Of a DNA stretch of 64,000 nucleotides, positions 1 through 9,471 are shown one piece after another. The notes under the pieces are model-generated. The model did no database searches, had not been told where the DNA came from, and saw only the letters and a list, made by a program, of their open reading frames with translations. A program made the position numbers and the translations under genes. The stretch is from positions 62,001 to 126,000 of the IMG/VR virus record IMGVR_UViG_3300033984_000473. One strand, 5' to 3'. The first letter of the stretch is position 1. Each line of letters begins with the position of its first letter.

Positions 1-2
1 AT

Positions 3-1307
3 ATCGATGTACATATCGTACTAGACTTCTCACAATTAGAAGGTGGTGAACAATTTAAAGAAGATTTCTTCTATGCTCAAAAAGCCCTATGGAATCAAGA
101 ACATGATATTACAATACATAGCTACCCAATCGAACTATACGTTCAAGACGTTAAAGCTAAGCTAACAGCAACAGCAGTTTATTCTGTAAAGAATAACAAA
201 TGGATTCTTAAGCCAAAGCGTGAAGAATTCAAGGTAAATAAAAGCGTAATCAAAAACAAAGCCGATAAATTTATCGCAACCCTTAAAGATATAAAAAAAT
301 CATACGAAGAAAATGACTTTCAAGCAGTTGTAGATAAGGTAGAAGTTATCAAAGATAAAATCAAAAAATATAGAACAGCTGGTCTTGAAAAAGGTGGTGA
401 GTTCTCAATAGAAAACATGGTATTTAAGGTGCTTAGAAGAACATCGTTTATGGATATCCTAGATAGCTACAAAGCCAAAGCCTACGATACTCTTATGAGC
501 GTGAAAGAAGCAATAACCGAAACCAGAAAATTAATCAAACAAAGACTTGATGAGATTTCTTATGGAAGTATGTACGCAACTAAAAGCGACCTAGCAAGAA
601 CCATGGCCAGAGTTACAAACGCATACCAATTCGTTCAATCAAGACCCAAACCAGAACTAGTTAACTATTGGAACATAATCACACACAACCCAACAGAACA
701 AGGATTTATAGCTTCAGCTGTTATTGATATTCGTGGTGATGTGCAAATTAGAACATACAACGCTGCCGCTGGTGATGTTAGACAAAATAGATTCGACCTA
801 AGAGGTGAAGATTCAGAACATCTAGTTCTTCCAATCTCAGCCCACCCAGGTATCGACCACCCTAACGCAAAACAAAGAACAGGTTACGCTGTTACAAAAG
901 GTGGTATAAACAACCCAACAGCTGTGGGGCAAGGTGACTTCGGTTCCCCAGCATCAGACGCTCAAATAAAAGCATACTTCAAATATGGTGAAGTCATTAT
1001 AGATTTCGTTAAGTCTAAGATGGAAGAAAAAACAAAATCATATACAGACGGTAGTGGTGCCGAAGTTTCAGCACAAGCAATGGCCAACAACCCAGCACTG
1101 CAAAAAAAGAAAACCAAAAAGGATTTGGAAATGGAACTAGGTAGAAGAATTACTGACGCACAATTTCAAACATACTTAGATACAAACGAAAAACCAGAAG
1201 GTAGAAAAGCTACAAGCATCGAACCAGACAAAGCTGCCGAATTCGAAAAAAGACAAGCCGATGCCATCGCAAGAAGAAATCAAGCCATGGCAAGAAGAAA
1301 TAAATAA
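3..1307 (+). CDS. Pol-beta-like nucleotidyltransferase-domain protein, 5' truncated by window
   Basis: Frame is open from nt 3 (IDVHIVLDF...IELYVQD), upstream of the ORF-track start at 417; DxH and third-Asp motifs of the NTase fold; charged C-terminal extension. Confidence 0.7.
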   Translation: MDVHIVLDFSQLEGGEQFKEDFFYAQKALWNQEHDITIHSYPIELYVQDVKAKLTATAVYSVKNNKWILKPKREEFKVNKSVIKNKADKFIATLKDIKKSYEENDFQAVVDKVEVIKDKIKKYRTAGLEKGGEFSIENMVFKVLRRTSFMDILDSYKAKAYDTLMSVKEAITETRKLIKQRLDEISYGSMYATKSDLARTMARVTNAYQFVQSRPKPELVNYWNIITHNPTEQGFIASAVIDIRGDVQIRTYNAAAGDVRQNRFDLRGEDSEHLVLPISAHPGIDHPNAKQRTGYAVTKGGINNPTAVGQGDFGSPASDAQIKAYFKYGEVIIDFVKSKMEEKTKSYTDGSGAEVSAQAMANNPALQKKKTKKDLEMELGRRITDAQFQTYLDTNEKPEGRKATSIEPDKAAEFEKRQADAIARRNQAMARRNK

Positions 1308-1308
1308 T

Positions 1309-1333
1309 CAAGGGACCACACGGTCCCTTTTTT
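1309..1333. terminator. bidirectional intrinsic terminator
   Basis: AAGGGACC-ACAC-GGTCCCTT followed by a T run, between convergent genes. Confidence 0.7.
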
Positions 1334-1875
1334 TAATACTCATAAACCCCAGCTTGCCGCTGCAAGATTCCATAGCTATCCATGATAACCTTGCCGTTGT
1401 ATAACACAGGAACTTGTATGAACCCAGACTTGCAACTGCAATCTTTTCCAATATGCGATGGACACACTTCTTCCACAACCAAATATATCTCGTTCGTATC
1501 AGCAAACGTTACCCTATCCAAAAATCCTTGCATGTGCAAGTCTTCCACATATGCACCATTCCATATTGAATTATGGTCGTGTGGTGGCCCTTCATTATAA
1601 ACATACCCCATGTCGTTTGGCTTTGCAATAACCTTCATGGAATCAAGACCAAATTCAAAAGATAAGGTACTATCCAATTTATACTTAAAGGTTCCAGCTT
1701 TTCTATCTATCGAATCCACTCTCATGATACCATCTGGAGTATAAGCATAATCGTTAACAAATAACTTTTCATCTGAAAGGATAATGGGAGCAATACCACC
1801 ATCGCCATTAACTATAAACTTTAACTCGTATTTTTTTATTTCTATCATATCTAAAACTTTATTATTAAACCACAC
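1333..1875 (-). CDS. hypothetical protein
   Basis: 180-aa ORF ending at a bidirectional terminator-like hairpin. Confidence 0.6.
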   Translation of the reverse strand: MWFNNKVLDMIEIKKYELKFIVNGDGGIAPIILSDEKLFVNDYAYTPDGIMRVDSIDRKAGTFKYKLDSTLSFEFGLDSMKVIAKPNDMGYVYNEGPPHDHNSIWNGAYVEDLHMQGFLDRVTFADTNEIYLVVEEVCPSHIGKDCSCKSGFIQVPVLYNGKVIMDSYGILQRQAGVYEY

Positions 1876-2246
1876 CTATACGTATAATCACTAACTTGAA
1901 TCCCAGCAGCAACCATCTGACAAACAAATCTAATATCCCTACTCAAATAAACCCTTACACGAACATCATACTTGCCAATACTTAAATAATCTTCAGCTTC
2001 CAAATCCCCTATCGAAACTTCCTCAGAATCCAACTGCTCAAACACATCACCATTGATGCTCGTCTTAACAGTCACCTTCACCCACTTGGTCATACGAAAC
2101 TTCTCAACCGAATCATCAACAATAGGAACAATAAACCTATCATGCTTTAACGTATATATAGAATCCATACGCTTGCTAAACATAGATAAATGAATATGCT
2201 GCCCATAAGACATAATAGAGAATAATAAGAAGACAAATACTTTCAT
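1851..2246 (-). CDS. hypothetical protein with signal-peptide-like N-terminus
   Basis: MKVFVFLLFSIMSYGQ; TACCTTTG promoter directly upstream; start corrected from ORF track. Confidence 0.6.
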   Translation of the reverse strand: MKVFVFLLFSIMSYGQHIHLSMFSKRMDSIYTLKHDRFIVPIVDDSVEKFRMTKWVKVTVKTSINGDVFEQLDSEEVSIGDLEAEDYLSIGKYDVRVRVYLSRDIRFVCQMVAAGIQVSDYTYRCGLIIKF

Positions 2247-2305
2247 TTTACAAAGGTACAAATTTTTAACCTAATAACCAAATATTTATATACAAAATAA
2301 TATAT

Positions 2306-2863
2306 ATGAACACATACATAAAAACCCTACTCAAACAAAAACTTAACGAACACATATCATTCGCTGATAAATACGGTAAACATAAATACATAAACATTTC
2401 ACCATCTGACCTATCCGATTATAAAGAAGTTTTCTTCAACCTTATAAAAACAGCATACGCAGACAAAGGTGGAAACTTCGAAATAACCAATCCTAACGAC
2501 CTAACAACTTCCGACCTTAACTTCTGGCTAGCTAACGATATGGATGCCGACCCAGACGCAGATATAGCCATAGGTGGAAAACAAACTCCACACGGAACGA
2601 AAGTTACAGTAATGGGACAAGATGGAACCAGAGAAGCCAAAAAGGATATAATACATAAAGTAATCGAACTAATGCATACCAAAGGCTTCTATATAGAAAT
2701 GGACCCAGACTTGGCCAACAAGTTTAACCTACAACCCATAGATGATGAAGATAGAATAAGACAAGTGCTCAATAAAGAAATCTCTTATAATGGCAATGGA
2801 ACATATGATAGATTACTAGGTGGTCACATGCATACAAAGGTGCTAGTAGGACAACCTAAATAA
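2306..2863 (+). CDS. hypothetical protein
   Basis: 185-aa ORF, N-terminus MNTYIKTLLKQKLNE. Confidence 0.7.
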   Translation: MNTYIKTLLKQKLNEHISFADKYGKHKYINISPSDLSDYKEVFFNLIKTAYADKGGNFEITNPNDLTTSDLNFWLANDMDADPDADIAIGGKQTPHGTKVTVMGQDGTREAKKDIIHKVIELMHTKGFYIEMDPDLANKFNLQPIDDEDRIRQVLNKEISYNGNGTYDRLLGGHMHTKVLVGQPK

Positions 2864-3035
2864 TCACGCAAAATTTTCTGGAAATAATTTTTTTAAAAAG
2901 GGGTCATCCCCTTTTTTTATTGGAAAAAATCTGGAAAATAATTTTTTGAAAATAGGGTGCCTATATTTTAAGTCCAAAAAATTTCCCCAGAAAAATTTCA
3001 CGAACGTCATCATAGCCCCGATTAGCAACCCATAC

Positions 3036-3083
3036 GGGGGGGTATATAAGGGCAGTAACGGGGGTAGGGGTGCCATAGGGGGG
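3036..3083 (+). other. G-quadruplex-forming motif at strand-skew junction
   Basis: G7-TATATAA-G3-CAGTAAC-G5-TA-G4-TGCCATA-G6; all loops 7 nt or less. Confidence 0.55.
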
Positions 3084-3309
3084 TCTGCTATTGCATTATC
3101 TTTGTATTTACATATCCATATATCATATAAGGCTATCGTGTCTTAAATCGCCTTATTTAATGTGCTGTAAAAAATAGTTAGTATGCAAGTTTTTGAGTAA
3201 TTATTTTACATTATTATTTATTTGACAATTCCTAATTTATTTGTTATTTATATTCATTCTACATTAAATTATTTGACAAAAAATAAGCCCTTTTAAGGGC
3301 TTATAATTT

Positions 3310-3855
3310 TTAATCTATAACTTTGTACGTTTCACCATTTAGCGTTAATTTACGAACGTTTTTAAGGTATAATTTACGCCAAGTGATTTCACGTTCCGTA
3401 CCTTGATTTGTTGCGTGATTTTCAGTAGGTAAAAAATCAACAAGTTTCTTTTTGTCGGTAATTTTACCATTTGCAACAAATTTTGTACGAGGTTTTACAT
3501 TATCATTAGGACGGTATTGTAAAACAAATTCATTTTTGTACGTTCCAATAAATTGGTTATTTTCGCCAAATTCCAATACCATTGTATTTTGCCCTTGCTT
3601 GTAGTCGCTTGTATCTTTATCTTCTTTTACCAATTGATTTTCAACGGCTAAAATGTAGTTGCTATTTAAAAGAATACCTACTTTTGACAATTTAACAACA
3701 TTTTCAAAGTTGTTTTTTATTGTTTTGTCGGTACGGCTTTTTACCAACATTTTAGGACTTGATTTTTGTAATACACTTGCAAATACATTAACGTTTGCAA
3801 CAACTTTAGTGTTTAATAAAATTTGTGCTAATTCTTTTTGTGATACTTTTTTCAT
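3310..3855 (-). CDS. hypothetical phage protein
   Basis: 181-aa ORF with own promoter and terminator hairpin (AAAATAAGCCC..GGGCTTAT). Confidence 0.75.
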   Translation of the reverse strand: MKKVSQKELAQILLNTKVVANVNVFASVLQKSSPKMLVKSRTDKTIKNNFENVVKLSKVGILLNSNYILAVENQLVKEDKDTSDYKQGQNTMVLEFGENNQFIGTYKNEFVLQYRPNDNVKPRTKFVANGKITDKKKLVDFLPTENHATNQGTEREITWRKLYLKNVRKLTLNGETYKVID

Positions 3856-4157
3856 TTTGTGTGATTTTTAATTGGTTACTTATTTTGAACACTGCAAATA
3901 ACGTGAATAGTTTTGATATACGCAAGTTTTTAAGCAATTATTTTTAATATTTTTTTAAAATTTATTGTTACTAATAGTAAAACGCTGATTATCAACACGT
4001 TATCATAAATGGTCAATAAAGCAATAGAAGCAATTACGAAATTTGTAAGATTTTTCATTTTGTGTGATTTTTAATTGGTTATTAATATGGTGCAAATGTA
4101 AAACAAACTTTTTTAATATCCTAGTGTTTTTTATTTTTTTTTTAATTATTTTTTGTT

Positions 4158-4228
4158 TATCTTTGTAGTGTACAAAATGAGATACGGGTCACGGCAAGTG
4201 AGAGAGTAGACTCCGTCACGCCTATATG
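4158..4228 (+). ncRNA. AGTAGACTCC-family element, copy 1
   Basis: TATCTTTG promoter; ACGGG-TCAC(GGCAA)GTGA-GAGAGTAGACTCC-GTCACGCCTATATG. Confidence 0.6.
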
Positions 4229-4322
4229 TTACCCAGTAAAAAATTAACATAATATTAACATTTAAAATTTGGTAGTATGGTTTAAATGTCTTATATTTGC
4301 CCTATCAATTAAAACACACATT

Positions 4323-4598
4323 ATGACACAATTTGAACAAGCACAAGAGCAAGTAAAGAATGGAGAATTGAGAACGCCTAATGTTTCGGCTGGGGCAAAG
4401 ACTGTTGACTATTTTGGTTATCAGTTATCTGTTCACAAATTCAATTTATCGTTGATGGCAAAGGGAATGTCTTTCAAGGGTATTACGTTTACACAGATTA
4501 AAAAGTATTACGGATTGAAAGGTAGAAGTGCGAAAGATTGCCTACCGCAATTCCTTGAGATTGTCGAGAAATACAAACAAGAACTAAACCCTCAATAG
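4323..4598 (+). CDS. hypothetical protein
   Basis: Promoter 4268-4299, AAAACACACA leader, ATG at 4323, terminator AAACCCTC..GAGGGTTT-T run. Confidence 0.8.
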   Translation: MTQFEQAQEQVKNGELRTPNVSAGAKTVDYFGYQLSVHKFNLSLMAKGMSFKGITFTQIKKYYGLKGRSAKDCLPQFLEIVEKYKQELNPQ

Positions 4599-4619
4599 AG
4601 GGTTTTTTTTATGGGTCTA

Positions 4620-4635
4620 TGTACACAAATGTGTA
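4620..4635. repeat. TGTACACAAWTGTGTA palindrome, copy 1 of 6
   Basis: Other copies at 14575, 14734, 27858, 28264, 55749. Confidence 0.7.
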
Positions 4636-4693
4636 GGACGGAGTCTACTCTTTCACTTGACGTGACCCGTTGCTCTTTCAACACTACAAATAT
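4621..4693 (-). ncRNA. AGTAGACTCC-family element, copy 2
   Basis: Core at 4640-4650 on the minus strand behind a TATATTTG promoter. Confidence 0.6.
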
Positions 4694-4740
4694 AGAAAAT
4701 AAAATCCACACTACCTAATATAATGTGGATTTTTTTCAAT

Positions 4741-4920
4741 TTATTTTAGGCTTGTATCGAATAAGCATTTAAACCGATACCACATAGTTGTAAACCTAAC
4801 TATGTTAAGGTTTTTGGTTGCAAAGGTTTTGATGTTTCTTTGGTATCTTAAAATGTCATAATAGCAAGGTATGATTGTAACGCTACCAATAGTAAGTCCG
4901 AATAGTTTCCAATTGTTCAT
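4741..4920 (-). CDS. small hypothetical protein (59 aa, absent from ORF track)
   Basis: MNNWKLFGLTIG...; translated by hand. Confidence 0.5.
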   Translation of the reverse strand: MNNWKLFGLTIGSVTIIPCYYDILRYQRNIKTFATKNLNIVRFTTMWYRFKCLFDTSLK

Positions 4921-4925
4921 ATTTT

Positions 4926-5072
4926 CTATCTTTTTTTACGTTCTAATTTACGTCTTTCACGTCTCAATTCTTTACCACTTTTTGGTATTTCTAATTTGTC
5001 TGGGTGTTGAGCGGGATTAGTAATGTTATATGTTGGATAATTTTCAAATGGGCTTTTACCTTCATTTCTCAT
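4926..5072 (-). CDS. small basic protein (48 aa, absent from ORF track)
   Basis: MRNEGKSPF...ELRRERRKLERKKR; own promoter. Confidence 0.6.
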   Translation of the reverse strand: MRNEGKSPFENYPTYNITNPAQHPDKLEIPKSGKELRRERRKLERKKR

Positions 5073-5145
5073 AGTGTATGTCTTTTAATTAAAAAACAAA
5101 GATAAGGATAAGTTTTCACTTATCCAAATCTTTTTGTATTTATTT

Positions 5146-5595
5146 TTAAACTTTTTTGAATATCAAAAGTCTTGCACTATCAAATACGTTTGAACATTTA
5201 CCGCATGAACTTGCTTTTTTTGGCGTTTTGAATTTTCTATGAACGTGTGAACATTTAGGACAAACCGCTTCAAGTGTACCCTTAACAATGATTGTGTTAT
5301 TTTCGGTATAACAACGATTTCCATCACAACCGATTGACAATGCTTTACGTTTCCACGTGCTATCGTGTCCGTGTCCGTGTCCAACCAATGCGTGAGCAAT
5401 TTCGTGTAGTATTGTATTTTTTACTCTTGCTTCGTCATTCAATAGTATCAAATGTTTTGATAAGCTGATACGTCTGTAAGTGTAGTTGCAACAGCCAAAT
5501 CTACGCTTTGCGTTATCTAAATTAAACATCCAATTATCAAGTCCGTGTTCTTTCATTAATTTTTCCCCTAATTCACTTGCTTTAACTAATTCCAT
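5146..5595 (-). CDS. SprT-like zinc metalloprotease
   Basis: HEIAHAL (HExxH), GHGHDSTWK, C-terminal CxxC pairs. Confidence 0.9.
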   Translation of the reverse strand: MELVKASELGEKLMKEHGLDNWMFNLDNAKRRFGCCNYTYRRISLSKHLILLNDEARVKNTILHEIAHALVGHGHGHDSTWKRKALSIGCDGNRCYTENNTIIVKGTLEAVCPKCSHVHRKFKTPKKASSCGKCSNVFDSARLLIFKKV

Positions 5596-5689
5596 AATTT
5601 GTGTTTTTAATTGGTTACTTATTCAACACTACAAATATAATGATAATAATCCACACTACCAAATATAATGTGGATTATTTTCAATTATT

Positions 5690-5953
5690 TTATAAATTAT
5701 CTGCAAGTTCACAAAGTTGATGTGGTGTGAGTACGCTATAACAATAGGAATAGCCTTGATTATCGAGTATTGAATCGTTTACCAATTCATCGAGCCATCT
5801 ACTACCAACGAGGTTAAACGCTAATTCATCGGGAACTTTAATACAAGGTTGCCCCGTGTGTTTGCTTTTCTTTTTTGATTTCCTTGCTTTAAGGATAAGA
5901 CGCATTTCAATCTTATTGATAAACGTTTCGAGTTGTTGAGTTTTCGTTGTCAT
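5690..5953 (-). CDS. hypothetical protein
   Basis: ORF track; start at MTTK. Confidence 0.65.
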   Translation of the reverse strand: MTTKTQQLETFINKIEMRLILKARKSKKKSKHTGQPCIKVPDELAFNLVGSRWLDELVNDSILDNQGYSYCYSVLTPHQLCELADNL

Positions 5954-5955
5954 AA

Positions 5956-6078
5956 TTATACGCATCTATGGTTGCTCCAGTATCTACGTTGTTGTCCACA
6001 TCGTGAGGCACAACTTTGGCATAATAACCAAACAGAAAATAATACGATTGCTATTGCATAAGGTCTAAATGATTTCAT
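5956..6078 (-). CDS. small putative lipoprotein (40 aa, absent from ORF track)
   Basis: MKSFRPYAIAIVLFSVWLLCQSC...; own promoter. Confidence 0.55.
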   Translation of the reverse strand: MKSFRPYAIAIVLFSVWLLCQSCASRCGQQRRYWSNHRCV

Positions 6079-6117
6079 AATAAGTGTTTTAATTGATTAG
6101 AGTACAAATATAGTGAA

Positions 6118-6315
6118 TTAGTTTGACACTACCAAATTTTCATCTACTTTTTTTGCGTCAAGTATTAAAATAATTCCACACAAAGTGCCGAACCCTAAAA
6201 ACGTAAATAAACTACACATTAATTGGTCATTGGTTTCTGATACGAATATACCGATAAAGCCTAATATTTGACAAAAAAGTGTGATAAGAACAAAGATAAG
6301 ATTTAATTTTTTCAT
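6118..6315 (-). CDS. small membrane protein
   Basis: Two hydrophobic segments; own promoter. Confidence 0.7.
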   Translation of the reverse strand: MKKLNLIFVLITLFCQILGFIGIFVSETNDQLMCSLFTFLGFGTLCGIILILDAKKVDENLVVSN

Positions 6316-6404
6316 TGTGTTTGTTTTAATTGATTAGAGTACAAATATAGGTATTAGTTTTGACATATCCTAATTTATTTGCAATTATTTTTCGTGTGTG
6401 TTGG

Positions 6405-6485
6405 CTGCTGACGTATGTGCGTGTTGGAGTCTACTCTTTTGATATTCCCATATCAACCCGTTACTCTTTCAACACTACAAATATA
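6405..6485 (-). ncRNA. AGTAGACTCC-family element, copy 3
   Basis: Core 6426-6436; hairpin replaced by TTGATAT(GGGA)ATATCAA. Confidence 0.6.
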
Positions 6486-6526
6486 AGAAAAAGAAATGAC
6501 ACTACCAAACGATAGTGCCATTATTT

Positions 6527-6712
6527 TTAAATTAATTTCATTTCAAATCCGTAATGACAAAAGCCAGTGATATTTGAAATTTCGTCTGAAACAAAATCAT
6601 CAATGTCTTGTTCTTCTACGATGTCGCTTGGCACTTCGATTTCAAATTCAACAGGTAAGTCTACTACTTCTCCGTCTGTATCGAATTTAACATTTGTAAC
6701 GATTGCTTTCAT
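6527..6712 (-). CDS. hypothetical acidic protein
   Basis: Own promoter. Confidence 0.75.
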   Translation of the reverse strand: MKAIVTNVKFDTDGEVVDLPVEFEIEVPSDIVEEQDIDDFVSDEISNITGFCHYGFEMKLI

Positions 6713-6797
6713 AATGCTAGTATTAATTGATTAGAGTACAAATATAAGATAAAAAATCCACACTACCTAATATAATGTGGATTAATTTTAATTTATT

Positions 6798-7061
6798 TTA
6801 GTCAACTATTCCTATCAATAATTTGTCTGTGTAACGTCTACCTTTATTCAAGTCGTGTGCTATTCCGACAAGTACGCCATACAACGTATCTTTTATAGGC
6901 AAATCGGGATAGTCCATTTGTAACATTTCGATTGTGGTTTCTGCAACGTACTTGCACGTATCTTTATTTCCATAACCCCAATTCTCGCAATACCCAACCC
7001 TACGAATAAGGTCTGCATAAGATATAGGATAATAACCATTTTGAATTTTTGACTTTGCCAT
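6798..7061 (-). CDS. hypothetical protein
   Basis: Own promoter. Confidence 0.75.
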   Translation of the reverse strand: MAKSKIQNGYYPISYADLIRRVGYCENWGYGNKDTCKYVAETTIEMLQMDYPDLPIKDTLYGVLVGIAHDLNKGRRYTDKLLIGIVD

Positions 7062-7140
7062 AGTGTGTTTTGATTAGAGTACAAATATAGGTAAAAAAAA
7101 ATAACCTACCAAATATTTGATAGGTTATTTTTAATTTATT

Positions 7141-7428
7141 TTATTCTTCCCAAAACATTATCGTTCCAGCATCGTTCCATTCTGCCCACCAGCCGTGTTT
7201 TCTCAATAGCTTCATAAACTCGTTGTGAACTCCGAACTCGTATTTTGTGTAGTTTTCGGTGTAGTAACTGAATAGGTGCAACCCATCTTTTGCTTCGTCT
7301 CCGTTCTCTCCAGAACTCCAAATTCCGCCTTTAGAACCATTGAACTCCTCGGTTGTTCTCATAAACAAATTTGGATACTTTGCTTCGATTGCTTTCATCA
7401 TTGCTTTTCTTGTACTTGCCATAATCAT
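7141..7428 (-). CDS. hypothetical protein
   Basis: Own promoter. Confidence 0.8.
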   Translation of the reverse strand: MIMASTRKAMMKAIEAKYPNLFMRTTEEFNGSKGGIWSSGENGDEAKDGLHLFSYYTENYTKYEFGVHNEFMKLLRKHGWWAEWNDAGTIMFWEE

Positions 7429-7519
7429 AGTGTATTGGTGGTTGCTTCATTGCAACAGTACAAATATAGGTATAATAATCCACACTACCAAATGTAATGT
7501 GAATTATTTTCAATTATTT

Positions 7520-7702
7520 TTAAACTTTTTTTCGTAGTTTCAAATCTTTGATTACCTTTGCAACCATATCTTGCACTTCAAACTCGCTTTGATTATCAGT
7601 ATCGGTGCAATCGGGAACGTACCCCAATTCGATTAGTTTGTTGGTAATTGTGATACCAATTTCTTGTCGTTCATCTCGGTCTAACTTTCTTGTCTTAGCC
7701 AT
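7520..7702 (-). CDS. hypothetical protein
   Basis: Own promoter. Confidence 0.75.
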   Translation of the reverse strand: MAKTRKLDRDERQEIGITITNKLIELGYVPDCTDTDNQSEFEVQDMVAKVIKDLKLRKKV

Positions 7703-7777
7703 TGTGTATGTTTTAATTGATTAGAGTACAAAGATAAGGATAAGTTTTCACTTATCCAAATCTTTTACCAATTATTT

Positions 7778-7978
7778 TTAGTCTTTCTCAAAAGATTTTA
7801 CCCAAAAGATAGGTAGGTCTCCGTATTCTTGTTTGAATTGTACAACCCCTTTTTCTTGTGCGTCTTTGTCGCTGGTCGCTTGGATTGTAAGTCCATACTT
7901 TTGGTGGTCATCGCCTTGTTCTCTGCCATAGTGGTCGTTAGGGTCGATAGACATAATTGTAACGTGATAACTTTTCAT
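7778..7978 (-). CDS. hypothetical protein
   Basis: Start corrected to MKSY, downstream of the promoter. Confidence 0.75.
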   Translation of the reverse strand: MKSYHVTIMSIDPNDHYGREQGDDHQKYGLTIQATSDKDAQEKGVVQFKQEYGDLPIFWVKSFEKD

Positions 7979-8070
7979 AAGATAGTGTGTTAATTGATTA
8001 GAGTACAAATATAGAACATTCTTTTTTAATATCCTAATGAATTTCATTTTTTTTTAAACTTTTTTTACCT

Positions 8071-8135
8071 TATCTTTGTAGTGTTGAAAGGGTCACGACA
8101 AGTGAAAGAGTAGACTCCGACACGTCTATATGCGA
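8071..8135 (+). ncRNA. AGTAGACTCC-family element, copy 4
   Basis: TATCTTTG 8071-8078; core 8108-8118. Confidence 0.6.
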
Positions 8136-8221
8136 ACTGCTCCCGACAAGGCACAAAAAAAGAGGGACACAACTCCCTCTTTCCCCACGTTAATTGCTTA
8201 ACGTTTCACCAATTAAATATA

Positions 8222-8416
8222 TTATTCCATTCCGTATTTATTACATTTTTTCTTTGTCTTAAACTCAAATGTGGGTGCTAACATTCCACCCCAAAAGATA
8301 AAACAAACTACAAACCCTTTAAAAAACATTTCCCAAGTTGATGGCATACCACCAAATGCACTTGTTAATGATGCGAAAAATATAACTACTAATAATACTG
8401 ATAAATTCTTTGACAT
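8222..8416 (-). CDS. small membrane protein
   Basis: Two hydrophobic segments; start corrected. Confidence 0.7.
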   Translation of the reverse strand: MSKNLSVLLVVIFFASLTSAFGGMPSTWEMFFKGFVVCFIFWGGMLAPTFEFKTKKKCNKYGME

Positions 8417-8472
8417 AATGTTTGTGTTTTGATTAGAGTACAAATATAAGATTTTAATTTGACATATCCTAA

Positions 8473-8631
8473 TTAATATCTAAAAACTTTCGGTCTTGTT
8501 CTATTTTTTAAACCCACTTCTGAACACTTCATACATTGTTGTTTTCCATCATTGTGTTTTACAATAACAATATCAAAACCTTGATGTAATACTTCAACTT
8601 GTGTTTGAGTTCCAACGATTATAACTTTCAT
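8473..8631 (-). CDS. small hypothetical protein (52 aa, absent from ORF track)
   Basis: MKVIIVGTQTQVEV...; preceded by a structured leader. Confidence 0.55.
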   Translation of the reverse strand: MKVIIVGTQTQVEVLHQGFDIVIVKHNDGKQQCMKCSEVGLKNRTRPKVFRY

Positions 8632-8651
8632 AGTGTGTTTTTTGATTAAGT

Positions 8652-8715
8652 AATAACCGAGTGGGGATTGCTAGTCGGTTGTTAGTCCGTGCGTTCCAAC
8701 TCTACCTCGATTATT
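8652..8715 (-). promoter_or_regulatory. structured 5' leader
   Basis: AATAATCGAG/CTCGGTTATT 10-bp closing stem right after the promoter. Confidence 0.45.
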
Positions 8716-8764
8716 ACACTACAAATATAAGACTTTAATTTGATATAACCTAATTTATTTTGAA

Positions 8765-9064
8765 TTATTTTCCAATTCTTTTTCTGTGCATTGAACTTGG
8801 GTGCGTGTTGTCTGCTTTGCTTTCAAAACAATATGTAGGCATACCGCTCATTGAGTGTAAATCTGTCAATATGATTATGTACCCCTCGGTCAAACATCGT
8901 TTAAGATTTTCATTCATTTTAAACATTTTGATTTGTGGGAACTTTTTAGCAAATGCTTGTAAGTCGTCATCATTTTCAACTATGTATCTTTCAATTTCAA
9001 CTTCTCCCGATTGTGGACTTGTATAAACGCCCCATTTTAAATCTTTGTGTTTTACTACTAACAT
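8765..9064 (-). CDS. hypothetical protein
   Basis: Own promoter. Confidence 0.7.
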   Translation of the reverse strand: MLVVKHKDLKWGVYTSPQSGEVEIERYIVENDDDLQAFAKKFPQIKMFKMNENLKRCLTEGYIIILTDLHSMSGMPTYCFESKADNTHPSSMHRKRIGK

Positions 9065-9142
9065 AATCTATGTGTTTTGATTAGAGTACAAATATAGGTA
9101 AAAAAAATAAGACTACCAAATAAATGATAGTCTTATTTTAAA

Positions 9143-9385
9143 TTATTCTAAACTTGTTCCCTCAAAATCATACTCATATTGAATATGTGGATATTGTTTA
9201 TCCAAATATTTGTGTAGTCTATCTACACTTCTAAATCTTTTAACAATTTCTTTATCTTGCCACGAATCTAAAAATACATATTCTTTGATTATAGCAACAT
9301 AACCACCTTTGAATATTTTACCTTTATCGGGTATTGCCAAAACATTATCGGTCAAAACATTTTCTCTTAATATAAACTCTCTCAT
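9143..9385 (-). CDS. hypothetical protein
   Basis: Own promoter. Confidence 0.75.
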   Translation of the reverse strand: MREFILRENVLTDNVLAIPDKGKIFKGGYVAIIKEYVFLDSWQDKEIVKRFRSVDRLHKYLDKQYPHIQYEYDFEGTSLE

Positions 9386-9471
9386 TGTCTATTGTTTTAA
9401 TTGATTAGAGTACAAATATAGGTAAAAAAAATAAGACTACCAAATAAATGATAGTCTTATTTTAATTATTT

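Noticed and set aside
2864-3146. ORFs 2864-3076 and 2946-3146
   Set aside because: Run through the low-complexity G-run/AT-tract junction; not protein-like
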